From assembly GCA_963811105.1 (NCBI GenBank), contig CAWEPZ010000002.1:352001-416000 (forward strand): a DNA stretch of 64,000 bases, read 5' to 3'. Positions within the stretch are counted from its first letter, which is position 1; each line of letters begins with the position of its first letter. This DNA comes from Candidatus Bathyarchaeota archaeon (GTDB taxonomy: Archaea; Thermoproteota; Bathyarchaeia; Bathyarchaeales; Bathycorpusculaceae). The notes under the pieces are model-generated. The model did no database searches. It was not told where the DNA came from and worked only from the letters and a program-made list of their open reading frames with translations. The translations under genes and the position numbers were made by a program. Of this stretch, positions 31,412 to 42,473 are shown one piece after another.

Positions 31412-32791
31412 ACTATTCATTCACCTTTTCAAACACCGCTATTTCCCTTGTTAGACTTCTATGAATAAAATCGAAATGGGACTCCACATGTCTGTCGCCT
31501 AACGCCTCACCTGAAGCTTTAATCCGCAATGTTTTAGGAGAAGCAATAGACAAAAAACCCCTCATATAGGCCAAACAATTATTAGTTAAATCTGGAGAGA
31601 TGAAAACTCATGAATATAGATGAGAATCAGAAGCATTTAAAGTATGGTTTCACCGAGAGCACGATTATCGACGGCTGAGGTAAAAACTTTGAATCAGTGA
31701 TTACTATCGCTCGACATTAAACAGTCGACAACCAAATATTGCGCTGTCTCTTTTTCAATTTCAAGGCGACAAAATTAGTATCTCCCACACAATCCGTTTC
31801 TCCTTAAGAATTCAGAAGAAAGCTATAGGTACACTAAAATAATCAATTACTAATCTGTAAACAAAGGTTGAATTATCTTGAGAAATAAAGGAAACAAGTT
31901 CTACCAAAACACTCATGGAGTTATTTTTCGAACGAAGACAAATACTAAACAACAAAAGAAGAAGATCGCGCTAATAAAAAAAACGCGAAACCTTAGAGCT
32001 AAATTGAATCCGCTTTCTCAGCCAAACAAAAATCGTTTTTAGCCAGCCAAATGCTATTTAATTAATTGCTAATTTAGCCAATTTCGGTCAAGTGGGAGCT
32101 TTAGAATCTGTCGTATGTTACCAAAGGTCCCGAACATCAAATTTTATGCCGTATGGCTAAATAACAAAACGGTTAAGGGTTCATTCATTCCATCCTCCTC
32201 AATCTATTAAATGAAAATTAAGAAACCCTTAATCATGACTCGCCTATAATTGGATGAGCCATCACTCTTCTATTTTTGTCTTTAGGACTGTTTTGGTCAT
32301 GCAAGCAAAGAATGACACAACACCAGAATAAACGATGATTAGCGCAGAACCTTAGCCGAAAACGAATAACCGTTTCTATGAAATACTCAGGAAAGTAGTG
32401 AATTTGGCTCGAAAAAGCCCTTTCTAACGTTATTTTTGGGTATTTTGAGTTGTTGGACTAAGTTTTAATCTTTTTCTCTCTACCTCTAACTTCTTACTAC
32501 TCTTATCAACCCTGACCAGATTATTGTATTAGCTAGCGAGCTCAAAGCTCTGCGAAAAGAATAAGAATAAGCGGAAGCACACGCAGCTACCAAAGAATTT
32601 GAAACGGCCTTCCCAATAATCGCGAGCCATTTTGGTAGCCAACAACTATTAGAAAATCAATTATCTGAGTTCCCGTGCACTCCTCTATCATCACATCATC
32701 CATTGTAAGTTTGCAAGTGGAAGGTTCTATGAATTCTCTGGCGAATTTAGAGTTTATATAAAAATTTCGGGCCGGATATTAAACTTCTCTG

Positions 32792-33007
32792 TTATAGCAC
32801 TTTGACAGTTTCATCAGGAGCCTTTTCACGTTTTAGATATGCATTTACGGTAAGTACGTTGTTAATGTTTCTAGACATAACTATGGTTATCAATTCCCAC
32901 CTATCTAAACCATATTTATTTAACAATTCTTCTGAATTAAGAGTTTCATCTTCGTGAATTAAATCTATTATTTTATATTCCCATTGTTTGTTGGGCAAAT
33001 AAATCAC
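32792..33007 (-). CDS. DUF4177-like small protein
   Basis: WEYKII...LNKYGLDRWELI...YLKR. Confidence 0.7.
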   Translation of the reverse strand: MIYLPNKQWEYKIIDLIHEDETLNSEELLNKYGLDRWELITIVMSRNINNVLTVNAYLKREKAPDETVKVL

Positions 33008-33116
33008 CGTATAGTTTAGACAGTTTGTTTTAGATTTAAGATTTTTGGATATAAAATTAAGATGGATCTAAAAACGACCGCTTGACTTCTGATATTATAA
33101 TCGAGGTGCGAAAAAT

Positions 33117-33340
33117 ATGGCTGGATTTCACAAAGATAAAAATGGTTACCCAAAATGGAATGACAGTAATAGGCTATTGCATCGAGATGTAGCGAGGAAC
33201 TTGTTTGGGCGTCATATTCCTTTCAATAGACCTGTGCACCACATAGATGGAAACAAGAGTAATTTCCGAAGAAACAATTTGCGCGTTATGAGTAAGAAGT
33301 GAACACGCATCGCTACACGCGAGAAAAAAGCCTATTAGTA
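33117..33340 (+). pseudogene. HNH endonuclease (HNH_3-like), frameshifted near the C-terminus
   Basis: LHR..A, VHHIDGNKSNFRRNNL; the expected SEHASLH continues in another frame. Confidence 0.7.
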
Positions 33341-33539
33341 AAATAAAGAATAAAAATGCTTCCTCTACTTAATCCAAGATAAAAAAAAGAAAATGTTTGC
33401 GGTTCCTTAAGTTTTATGCTCGATTTCTCTTTAAGCGTTAACATGTTTTTAGGTTTTGCACCAAGTAATAACTTTCTTTTCTGTTTCTACCTTGTTTTTT
33501 AAGGCTTTCGTTAAAGCCATTTCGACAAAAGTAAATTTA

Positions 33540-34151
33540 CTACCATTCATCTCTTTTGCTCATTGATTCTTTCTTAAGGTCTTCATCTATTTCGTTATAA
33601 ATGCTTTTTGCGTTCGATGAAACAACTGTTAACCCAGCACCAGCAACACTCTTGACTATGGGAACCTTAACTAGCCTTGATTCCCTGGTTTGAGGAACAT
33701 ATTGAACGGCAATTTCTTTAGCAGTGAAGTTTAGCTTTTCACCAGAAGACCATGGCTCATACAGTTCGACCCTAATCAAGTACTCTCCTGCAACCATCCC
33801 TTTCATGTCTAAAATTAGTGGATACTCAAAACTGTCGTTTAATAATTGACTTTGAGGGATAATTAGTAATATAGATTTGAGCAGCTGCTCTTGAAAATAC
33901 AGATCAAGTTTTATTTTTGAAAACGACACCTTCGAAGGTTTTAAGCTAAATTCAACTTTGAGGGTTAATTCGTCTTCTTTGATTATTTCGGTGATACGGT
34001 TAATTATTATTTCTTTTGTTGGCTTGATTGGCTCTTTTGCCTTTTTGATGTTGAATTGAAAAGAGAGGTCTTCTAGTGTTGACTGTTTTTTCTGCTTAAC
34101 GTCTACCTTCATTATCTCTCTTTTCTGCTGATTCTTAGTAAAGTTGCTCAT
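33540..34151 (-). CDS. Hypothetical protein
   Basis: 203-aa ORF with beta-rich core. Confidence 0.7.
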   Translation of the reverse strand: MSNFTKNQQKREIMKVDVKQKKQSTLEDLSFQFNIKKAKEPIKPTKEIIINRITEIIKEDELTLKVEFSLKPSKVSFSKIKLDLYFQEQLLKSILLIIPQSQLLNDSFEYPLILDMKGMVAGEYLIRVELYEPWSSGEKLNFTAKEIAVQYVPQTRESRLVKVPIVKSVAGAGLTVVSSNAKSIYNEIDEDLKKESMSKRDEW

Positions 34152-34378
34152 CGTTATTCAATTAGTCAGTTTTAACTTAATAGTATTTTATGCAACGTTT
34201 AACATAATCCCCTGTCCAATTTTTGCAAAGCAAAGTAAACTATCACAGGCTACAAATGTATAACCAGTTTCAATCAATTCTGTCAAATTTTGTTCGCCCT
34301 CACCAAGAGTCCCCGCTGACGATGAAAAACGGATAAATCTAAAGAAAATAAAGAGGGTTTTTTTGTTTTTTCTGCAGA

Positions 34379-34540
34379 TCAGATTTTCTGCTTGCTGATT
34401 ACTGTCCTGAAGGTTTTGCCACAGCACTCGCTCAGGCCGATAGTAAGTTCCATTCTCTTTCCTGCTTTGTCAGGCCTGCCAGCCATTTTCCAAGTTTTTT
34501 TAGGAGCTACTTCTTTTCCACATTTGGGACATTTTGCCAT
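34379..34540 (-). CDS. Second Cren7-like Zn-ribbon protein (not in ORF track)
   Basis: Hand translation MAKCPKCGKEVAPKKTWKMAGRPDKAGKRMELTIGLSECCGKTFRTVISKQKI; GGAGG RBS; clear paralog of 23587-23757. Confidence 0.82.
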   Translation of the reverse strand: MAKCPKCGKEVAPKKTWKMAGRPDKAGKRMELTIGLSECCGKTFRTVISKQKI

Positions 34541-34782
34541 AAATTCGCCTCCTTGAATGTGACTATAGAATTGTTGACTCTAGCAACGGATAAGACTTTG
34601 CTAAAGAAGCGTTTAGAAAAATGAAACAAACTGGAACTTGAAATCTATCTTAATCAATTCTAAAGGACTAACAGCTAATTCAAATATTGGTAAAACAACC
34701 GAATGCAAGCAAGTTCCAAGTTCTTTATTGCTAACAAATGTCTGTTATCTCACTGTCTGCTTGGAAATAGGATGCTATCGCT

Positions 34783-34860
34783 TTGAAGCCTGAAGAGGAA
34801 GCTCGTAAAAAGATAGCTGAGTTTCTTGAGAAGGCTGGTTGGCAAAAAAACGATAGAGCA
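34783..34860 (+). pseudogene. N-terminal remnant of a type I restriction subunit HsdR
   Basis: MKPEEEARKKIAEFLEKAGW matches the usual HsdR start; similarity is lost afterwards. Confidence 0.5.
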
Positions 34861-35045
34861 GCCTTTGGTGGGGTTCAAATGGACTTCTATCGAAAAACCA
34901 AAACGGTTCGGTGGGTTGACAAAACCATAGACGATAAAGAAAAAACCAACGACGATAGGTCTTTATCTTCTAGGCCTGGAGAAATCTCTCGCAAAATCTT
35001 TTTTTGCTTAAAATTAGAAGAAAGATATAGGTACACTCAAATAAA

Positions 35046-35282
35046 TCATTCTTCTGCTCCCGAGTAGCAATTTCGGAGGTGTGTTATGTGAGAGTGGACA
35101 AATTCTTGTTCTGCAAGTGTTTTTTGTATAAGGTCTTGGATGGCAGAGTTCATATTTCCCTTAAAGTATGGTTTCACAATTCTCTCGTTAAACTCGTTGA
35201 ACAAAGAGGCTGGAACGTTATGAAATGTTAAGTCCACGAGGACCCCGTTTTCCATCATCGAGCTTGCTGTTCTTTTTTTCAT
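35046..35282 (-). CDS. Small hypothetical protein, possibly RHH-like
   Basis: Beta strand (VDLTFHNVP) followed by two helices. Confidence 0.55.
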   Translation of the reverse strand: MKKRTASSMMENGVLVDLTFHNVPASLFNEFNERIVKPYFKGNMNSAIQDLIQKTLAEQEFVHSHITHLRNCYSGAEE

Positions 35283-36213
35283 ATGTGACCAATTATTTCT
35301 ATAACAGTGAGATCTTAAATAGTTTATTAAGTATTACGATTTATTAAAGATATTGAGTGAAACAAACTGCGGAACTTGATGTTCCAACTAAAGGTAGAAG
35401 ATCCATTAGGATGCGATTACTTCGAAGCTTGCAGAGGAAGCGCCTCCATTGCGAGCACTTAAAGGAGTAACTCAGATTATTTTCACAGTTCTTCTTTTTT
35501 TCAAAACCAATCTAAAACATTACCAATCAGGTTTTCTCTCTTCGAAATGTTAAATGTACATTGCCCCAACAATAAGAACCAGCCTTGTATTGACAACCTT
35601 TACAAGCCATACCGATGAATTTAGGTATAGACTCTTATTTTGATTGGACCGAACAAAAATCTTTTTCGGTTCACTTTGATTGACAGCACACAATCTTTTT
35701 GCTACTTCTACCGAATGGCATTTTTCATAAATTGAAGGTTGAAAAATGGACTGAGGACAAGGTTGATTTCCTCATTCACGAATACTTAATTCAAATTCGC
35801 CCAGTATAGTCTCAACTTTAGTGTATTCACAAAATAGCACTTTTCCGCCTTTTTTCTCATTGTCGGTTATGGCCATGCCGTTTACGTTCTCCTTTGAATA
35901 AATGTTTTTTACATCCGCTAACCTGTGTTAGGTAAGACGGACTAATGAAATAGTCAGAGATTGTATTTCATTCATAGCGGTTAGTTAGGATATTTCTTTT
36001 TCTGAGGCAATTTTCGCATCAATGTGCGGCGTATTATCAAATCGTTCTTTGCGAAAAATACGCTGAGTTATTAGAAATTCAAATACTGAATTATCCGAAA
36101 GAGATGCTTATGGCAACCCTGCCGAGTAATTCAAATCAATGTTGCAGGCATTTACGGCTTTATGCCACTACTCGTTGGATTGTCTAAGTCAACGACTCTG
36201 ACACATTCCCAGA

Positions 36214-36633
36214 TTACATTGATTTTTGACTAACTATCAAAGACTGGTTTTCTTTTTGATGTGTTGTTCTCGTCGAGATTAGCGAAGATGTTTGCATTTG
36301 GATTTTGTTGTCGTTTGTTATATTTTTGCAGATGAGGTTAAGTGAGCTTTCGGTAAAGTTTAAGACATTTTTTCCTGCGTTTGTGAGCTTGTACATTTTT
36401 CGCGGCCTTTCTGAATCCATGTTCCAGGTGCTTTCTGCGTAACCTTTTTTCTCCAGCAGCCCTAGTAATGGGTATATGGTGCTGGCTCCGAAGTTGACGC
36501 CGAAGCCTTTTCGGATTTTGATGATTAACTGGTATCCATGCATAGATTCATGGTCTAGATATTGAAGAATAATCATGTCTAAGAGGCCTTTGGTGAGTTT
36601 CTTGTGGGCTTCTTTTTGGCTGGTATTGTTCAC
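36214..36633 (-). CDS. PadR-family transcriptional regulator
   Basis: KGLLDMIIL, MHGYQLI, STIYPLL..LE, RKMYKLT..G. Confidence 0.9.
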   Translation of the reverse strand: MNNTSQKEAHKKLTKGLLDMIILQYLDHESMHGYQLIIKIRKGFGVNFGASTIYPLLGLLEKKGYAESTWNMDSERPRKMYKLTNAGKNVLNFTESSLNLICKNITNDNKIQMQTSSLISTRTTHQKENQSLIVSQKSM

Positions 36634-36672
36634 TTTAAGTTTTTCTCCTGTTGTTGTGTTGTACGGATGTAC

Positions 36673-36695
36673 AATGTGTCTGTTTAAGACACATT
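36673..36695. promoter_or_regulatory. Perfect inverted repeat upstream of padR (candidate auto-operator)
   Basis: AATGTGTCT-gttta-AGACACATT, 40 bp before the start codon. Confidence 0.55.
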
Positions 36696-37010
36696 TATTA
36701 TGTCTTCATAATACAAAAACCGCCACATAAACCCTCGTACATAACGCAAGCATATCAAAATGACCAAGAGCCCCTAATTGTCGAACACAAATACATGTCA
36801 ATACATTAAATATGCCTTAAAAATCATTACATTTCGTTTAAAGAGAACTGTACAGCAGGTACACACAAAACTCGCAGACTACATCAAACTTTAGAAAACA
36901 CTGAATCATTTTGCACGGTGTACTTCTGCAGGGAGACCCGATAGATCATATGACAAACGGAAGATATGGACTCTTGATTTTTCGAAGCCAATATCTACGT
37001 TAAAGTTGTT

Positions 37011-37244
37011 TTATTTTTTTCCTTTAATGGGAGTTCGGTTCATTCTCAAAACAGATAGCATTAGTGATATGAAAACTGCAGCCATTATGGCGCCTGCAAT
37101 GCTTCTTTCCAGGGAACTTTGGGCTTTGTAAAACCAAAGTGCAAAGAGAATTTCAGCCACCAAAAGCATTACCGCAAGCAGCGAGTATGGACCAGATATT
37201 TTGGCTGGATCAATTTCCTTTGTTTTGAATATGATTTTTGCCAA
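37011..37244 (-). CDS. Small two-TM protein
   Basis: Two hydrophobic helices, basic C-terminus. Confidence 0.6.
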   Translation of the reverse strand: MAKIIFKTKEIDPAKISGPYSLLAVMLLVAEILFALWFYKAQSSLERSIAGAIMAAVFISLMLSVLRMNRTPIKGKK

Positions 37245-37582
37245 ATTGATTTCGCCTTAAAAGAAACAGCGGCAAGGGTTGCTTATTACGTTAATTGAGG
37301 GTGGGAATGCGGTTTTGTCTGAGGCAAAATTCTTCGGCATGCAGAAATTCCAAGGGTAAAATTTTCTCGGAGACCCTATTTATGCAAAATTCGAGTTTTC
37401 ATGGATTGGGAGGTGTGTCTGATTGGTTTTGTGCTGTGTTTTTGGCAGGGTGATTCGTCGTGCCGAAACACTTCATCGGATACATTTCCCTCGTTTCCCT
37501 TTGAAAAATTGAGAGTTGAGTTTATTGCGGCGGGCGATTTCTCACTCAGATGAGTCTAAATGCCAAAGAAACAAAGATTGAT

Positions 37583-37890
37583 ATCCTTCAGATTGTGACA
37601 TATTTAGACTTCCATCCCTTTTTTGTAACGTATATAGACAGGGTCTTATCTCGGAAGGGTTGTAACAAATTGTTGTATTCTCTTGGGAAAACGAGCGTAA
37701 TCAGATCGTACTCTTAGATTTTTTTCCGTCCTTGTACCCTCTTTATGACTTATCATACGAAGCTTCACAATGCAAATTCTCCAATGTCGCAGCAGGCTCT
37801 ATTGTTTTTGCTCTCTGAATGCTTCGCAGATTAATTCAGTGTTGTAGCCTTCGAAGCTGAGCAAGTTTGACGCAGAAAAGTAAAGTAGCG
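37583..37890 (-). pseudogene. Degenerate copy of the polB2 3' end plus its downstream small ORF
   Basis: Colinear nucleotide similarity to about 2815-3125, e.g. agattaattc-N-gt-N-tgtagccttcgaagct and gacttatca..cgaagcttcac. Confidence 0.85.
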
Positions 37891-37959
37891 TAGTTCTAAT
37901 TAGGTGTTATCTCACAATCACATACCCTTAAAGAGCAGAAACTCTTCCTCATTCTACTG

Positions 37960-38298
37960 GTGAAAATTTTGAAGTTTTTGGTTATTGGTAAAGGAATTGA
38001 TTATGGTGGTCCAATCAACCCAGCAGATTTTGCAATGTTCTCTGAATATGTCATATTGCCAAGTATTGCAATGGTGAAGGATTGGGAGGACAAAGGAAAG
38101 GTTGTTGGCGGACTCTTTGCAGGTCAAAGGGCAGGTGTAATAATAGTTGAAGCAACCTCGGGCGAAGAATTAAGCAGCATGCTGCAATTTTTGCCGTTTT
38201 GGGGACAAAACACTTGGGAAATAATTCCACTGCAATCTTTCCAATCAGGAATCGAGAATGTGAAAATGCAAATCACCAATGCAAAGAAAATGGCTTGA
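37960..38298 (+). CDS. Dimeric alpha/beta-barrel protein (muconolactone isomerase/DUF3303-like)
   Basis: GGLFAGQRAGVIIVEATSGEEL...LPFW...WEIIPL. Confidence 0.65.
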   Translation: MKILKFLVIGKGIDYGGPINPADFAMFSEYVILPSIAMVKDWEDKGKVVGGLFAGQRAGVIIVEATSGEELSSMLQFLPFWGQNTWEIIPLQSFQSGIENVKMQITNAKKMA

Positions 38299-38639
38299 TT
38301 TTACCTTAACTTTTTCAGCTTCGCCATTAATTATTTGACAAGAGTTGGCAGTAACTTTGCCAGCGCCTACGCGATCTTGCATTCTTCCTTTTTGAGTTTA
38401 CCTTTAACTTTATCTTTGCTCATGAAATTTCACTATAACTATAATGCCTCTGAGATTTTATTAAGTATGTGAGACTGCTATTAGGACCTAACAAACAACG
38501 TGCCATTGCTTTAAAGAGACCCTACTTTTTTTGTGGGTTGGTTTGGATTAAGATACAGAACAGCTGATGTTAATCTTTTTCTGGATTTTACAAAAAGAAA
38601 AAAAGAAAGATTGTATTTTGTTTTCTACTTATGTCATCT

Positions 38640-41252
38640 TTACTTTCGTCGCAATAGGATTAGTACGCCTACTATGAGCACTACAATGATTATTGCGATG
38701 CCCATGCCTACGATTGTCATTGTGTAATCTATTGGTTGCGCAGCTTGTGTGGGGGTTGCTGTTGGTGTTGGTGCTGATCCCACTGAGAGTCCGGTTTCTG
38801 CCCACGAACTGCCGTATGAGTCACTGCCTGCGAACGTAGCTGTGATCTTGTATAGTCCTTCAGCTGCTGGTTTCCATTCAATTTGGTAGCTACCACTTGT
38901 GTCGCTTGTTGCGGTTCCGATGTTGATCGGGTTGCCGTTCGAGTCGATGGCATAGAGTGCTACTGGAACACCAGTTACTGTAATGTTGTGGTAGTATCCG
39001 TCGGCTGGCATTTGCATGTGTTTGTAGTCCATCCATGTATCCATTGCATTATCTGCGATACATGGGGTTCCTGGTTGAGCAGGAGACATGTCCATAACAG
39101 TTCCTTGTATGATGACTTTGCTGTCTTTTGCCACTTCGGTCTGCGGTGCCATCACTGTTGTTTGGCTTGGGCCTTTGCCCATGACGTACATGAATCCGTC
39201 ATAGCCGCTGGATGATACCATGTAACCGTCTGCTGCTGGTCCTGGATCCATTAATGTGCCGCTTATTTTCCACATGAATTCGCCTGTCGTCACGTTGAGG
39301 CAGATTAGTCCCCAGCCTCGGGTCGCTGGTGAGGATGGTGAATGTTCAGAGTTGGATATGTAGGCTTTTCCATCGGCAATTCTGATGCTCTGGACCGAAT
39401 AGCTATCTATAGTTCCGTTGGCGGAGTTGTACGGGGATTCGAATGGAACTGCTGGGTCAACGTAGTGCCATACTATTGCGCCGTTGGTTTCATTAAGTGC
39501 CCAAATGCCAGTGTAGCCAGTGCCAATGACCATGTCTTTGTATGCTGCTTCATCGTACATCCAGAATTCGCCCCATGGAGCGTCGTTCATTTGAGTTTCC
39601 CATAGTATGTTACCGGTATATTCGTCGCGGGCTTGCCAGTATCCACGTTCCATTTCAGCAACGTAGATTCCGTGTCTGCACCAGCCGTTGGTTGGTCTGT
39701 AAGCTGATTCCATCAAGGTTGCAGGGCTGGATACGTTCCATAAAGATTTCCCAGTTACTAAGCTAACAGCTTCATAACTTGACCCGTAAAAGCCTCCGTA
39801 TATGAACCTGTTTTGATTAATAGTGATGCCTGTGTCAGGGTCGTATGCGCCCATAGCGCCGTAGGATCCGATTTCATAAAGCGTTCTGTAGCTGTTCGGT
39901 ATGGTAACGGTTAAGTTGCTTACAATCCTTGTAGTGAAGTTGGTTGAGACGCCTTGTGTTGTCCAGTTTACCAGAAAACCTGTTGTAGACTTGGTGAGTG
40001 TAATGTTACCGTTTGTGACTTGATTGTTCTGGAATGACAGGTAGCTTAAGTAATAACCATCTCTGTAGAGAAATTCAGCCGTGCCTATGTTTGGAATTGA
40101 AATGTTAGTTGTTATAGCGCCGGTGTATGGATTGATTTTGTATAATCTCATGGTGTTTCCACTGCCGCTCACAGTTAAAAGTTCTGCTGTGACACCTGAT
40201 GCTTCTCCTGTGCCTTTCCAGTAAGCAATGTGATTGGGCGTGATGCCGCCATCATTAGTGGGTATATCGTAGTATATTTCTCCTGTGCGTAAGTCATAGC
40301 ATTCTGCTACTGATGCTGGTATTTGGCGGTAGGATCCGTTGATTAATTGACTTGTCATTTTAGTTACGGTCTGGTAGCATCTTCCCATGAAGATTACGCT
40401 TGGTGTTCCTGCGCTGCCTGATATTGAGTATTGCCCTGCTTCGCCTCCAATTATGCCTGCTAAGGCTCCTTGTCTCTTCCATAGTATGTGTGGGGTGTTT
40501 GGCGCTGTGATGAAGGGACCATAATATTCGTCGCTCCATGCTTCTGCACCGCCTATGAATTCGCTAAATGGATAGTTTCCCGAGATCGTTGCCCATTCTC
40601 TGTTATTTGGCTCAATTGGACGACTCCAATAGTCAGTTGGAAGCGGTGATTGCCAAGATGCAACCAAGTCACTTTGTACAGTTACGACTACGGTGTTGGA
40701 AGTGGCGGGTGTGCAATAATCAGAAGGGTTAAAAATCGCGCCTGAAAAAGCCCCAGTGCGAGTGGTAGAGTATTGTCCGTTACTATAGTATCCTGCTGGG
40801 AACCACTCGCCTGCGAAGTTGAATACGAAACTCCATTGGCCAATTGTGTCAGGCGTGTAGGTGAACCAGCTTGTTCCGTCTGCAACATAAGAATGGAGAT
40901 TAATGTCTTCCGTGGTGCCATCAGGGTGTGTTATTGTCACTTTGTATCCTGTCATATATTTGCCCTCACCTGACGGGAAGGTAATCCACATGTTAACCAA
41001 CAGTTCTTGACGAAGTCCGATTTTGCCGGGTGAAACACTCAGGAAAGCCAAGTCACTAATTGTGTAGTCAGCAGTCTGACCGGCGGGCACAGTGGTTGGT
41101 CCTTCATACCCATTTACGTCGCCACCGTGCGCAGGTCCTTCTTGAGCTTTGGCTAGCTGGATTGGAATTGCTAATACCGCAAGAGATGCCATCAATAGAA
41201 TCAAAATGATTGTCGATGTTGATTTTAAATTTGTCGAGTATTTAATTTTCAT
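38640..41252 (-). CDS. Secreted, membrane-anchored PQQ-like beta-propeller / Ig-like surface protein
   Basis: Signal peptide; repeated TG..LW motifs; C-terminal FAGSDSYGSS, PT-rich linker, TM and RRK tail. Confidence 0.88.
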   Translation of the reverse strand: MKIKYSTNLKSTSTIILILLMASLAVLAIPIQLAKAQEGPAHGGDVNGYEGPTTVPAGQTADYTISDLAFLSVSPGKIGLRQELLVNMWITFPSGEGKYMTGYKVTITHPDGTTEDINLHSYVADGTSWFTYTPDTIGQWSFVFNFAGEWFPAGYYSNGQYSTTRTGAFSGAIFNPSDYCTPATSNTVVVTVQSDLVASWQSPLPTDYWSRPIEPNNREWATISGNYPFSEFIGGAEAWSDEYYGPFITAPNTPHILWKRQGALAGIIGGEAGQYSISGSAGTPSVIFMGRCYQTVTKMTSQLINGSYRQIPASVAECYDLRTGEIYYDIPTNDGGITPNHIAYWKGTGEASGVTAELLTVSGSGNTMRLYKINPYTGAITTNISIPNIGTAEFLYRDGYYLSYLSFQNNQVTNGNITLTKSTTGFLVNWTTQGVSTNFTTRIVSNLTVTIPNSYRTLYEIGSYGAMGAYDPDTGITINQNRFIYGGFYGSSYEAVSLVTGKSLWNVSSPATLMESAYRPTNGWCRHGIYVAEMERGYWQARDEYTGNILWETQMNDAPWGEFWMYDEAAYKDMVIGTGYTGIWALNETNGAIVWHYVDPAVPFESPYNSANGTIDSYSVQSIRIADGKAYISNSEHSPSSPATRGWGLICLNVTTGEFMWKISGTLMDPGPAADGYMVSSSGYDGFMYVMGKGPSQTTVMAPQTEVAKDSKVIIQGTVMDMSPAQPGTPCIADNAMDTWMDYKHMQMPADGYYHNITVTGVPVALYAIDSNGNPINIGTATSDTSGSYQIEWKPAAEGLYKITATFAGSDSYGSSWAETGLSVGSAPTPTATPTQAAQPIDYTMTIVGMGIAIIIVVLIVGVLILLRRK

Positions 41253-41579
41253 TTTTCTTTTCCTTCAATTTTTTTTGAAAAAAATGCTCGTCTAAAAACA
41301 TCTTTTTCTCTTAGAGAGTTATGTTGCGATTTGCTAATAAATTGAATTGGAAAGTGGCCACTGAGAACACCAATGCAGGATTATTGGTTACTTAGAAAAA
41401 AGCTGAAACTATGTAAAGTATGGCTACTGTCGGAGAATTTAGACATGCACTTCACGCTCTTGTTATCCTGAGCCTGGAAACTAGGAGGTCAAGCAGTGGC
41501 ATTTAGACCGTGACAGTGGAAAGTTTTGCGGAGGGTCTCCCGAAGGCTATCTGACTTTTGACGACTTCTTTGGGCCTTC

Positions 41580-41795
41580 TTCCCCGGAGATGACTCATAC
41601 AGCAGTTCATATGTAGCAACCTCAGACTCAGTATCACTAGCGCCTTCCGCTGCGCCAACAGCAACAACAGCAACAGCCGTACCAAGCGAAATTACGATGC
41701 CCATCCTGTCTTATGTAGTAGCAGCAATAATCGTTATCGTCATAGCAATCGCAATAGTTGGCGCACTTATTCTGAGAAGCCTAAGAAAAAGATAA
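41580..41795 (+). pseudogene. Orphan C-terminus of a paralogous PQQ-like surface protein
   Basis: FPGDDSYSSSYVATS..APSAAPTAT..TM..LRKR matches the tail of 38640-41252; no N-terminal part. Confidence 0.75.
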
Positions 41796-42317
41796 ACACA
41801 ACTTAATTCCAAACCAACTTTCTCCTTTTTTTAGGTAAATACAAATTAAACATGGAAGAATCTCTTCCGCACAGAATGTGCACCAATCGTTTTAGAATGG
41901 ATCCCGTATATTAGCGCGATTTGATCTAGTCTTTCATAAAAGTCATTGTTTCTCGTGCAAGGGACCTATTAATAAAGACAGGTGCTATTGTTTTGAAACT
42001 CAAAACTTTAACATATTCGGCTAAATCGTTAGCCGTGTGGTCTAATTGAAACTTGTTGATTTACCCTTATCGATAAAGCTATAACAATCGCATTTCAGTT
42101 TAAATTGTTCATGCCGACGAAAACTAATAAGCTTCTAAAATGCGTCTTCATTGAAAAAACAGTCATAGAAGGTTGAGCGAAAAATTATGAAACTATAATC
42201 GTTTATTTAAGCAAGCTTCATAATCGGCAAGGAGCAGCTTGAATGGCTCTCTATTTGTTCTGCGATATGGCGGGAGTAAAACCCAACGACTGCTAATTAA
42301 TATCGAGGCAAGACAGT

Positions 42318-42473
42318 GCGCTTTAGAACAGATAGGGTCTTTGGTGACTTGCTTTATTTCCTGTTTCTTCGACTATGGGGAGCACTGTTTTGAGTTCTAT
42401 GAACTTCTTGAGCATTGTAACGCCGCGTTGCGTGATCGCGTATATTTTTCTTTCTCTAATAATGATTTTCATT
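42318..42473 (-). pseudogene. 3' half of a duplicate of the winged-HTH gene at 45229-45534
   Basis: Near-identical stretches gctttagaacagataggg, cctgtttcttcgactatggg and gtgatcgcgtatatttttctttctct. Confidence 0.85.

Noticed and set aside
34783-35067. Functional type I restriction-modification system
   Set aside because: Only about 20 HsdR-like residues; no hsdM or hsdS in the window
36105-36200. Possible structured RNA downstream of padR
   Set aside because: Only short hairpins and no recognisable riboswitch or sRNA consensus; needs a covariance search
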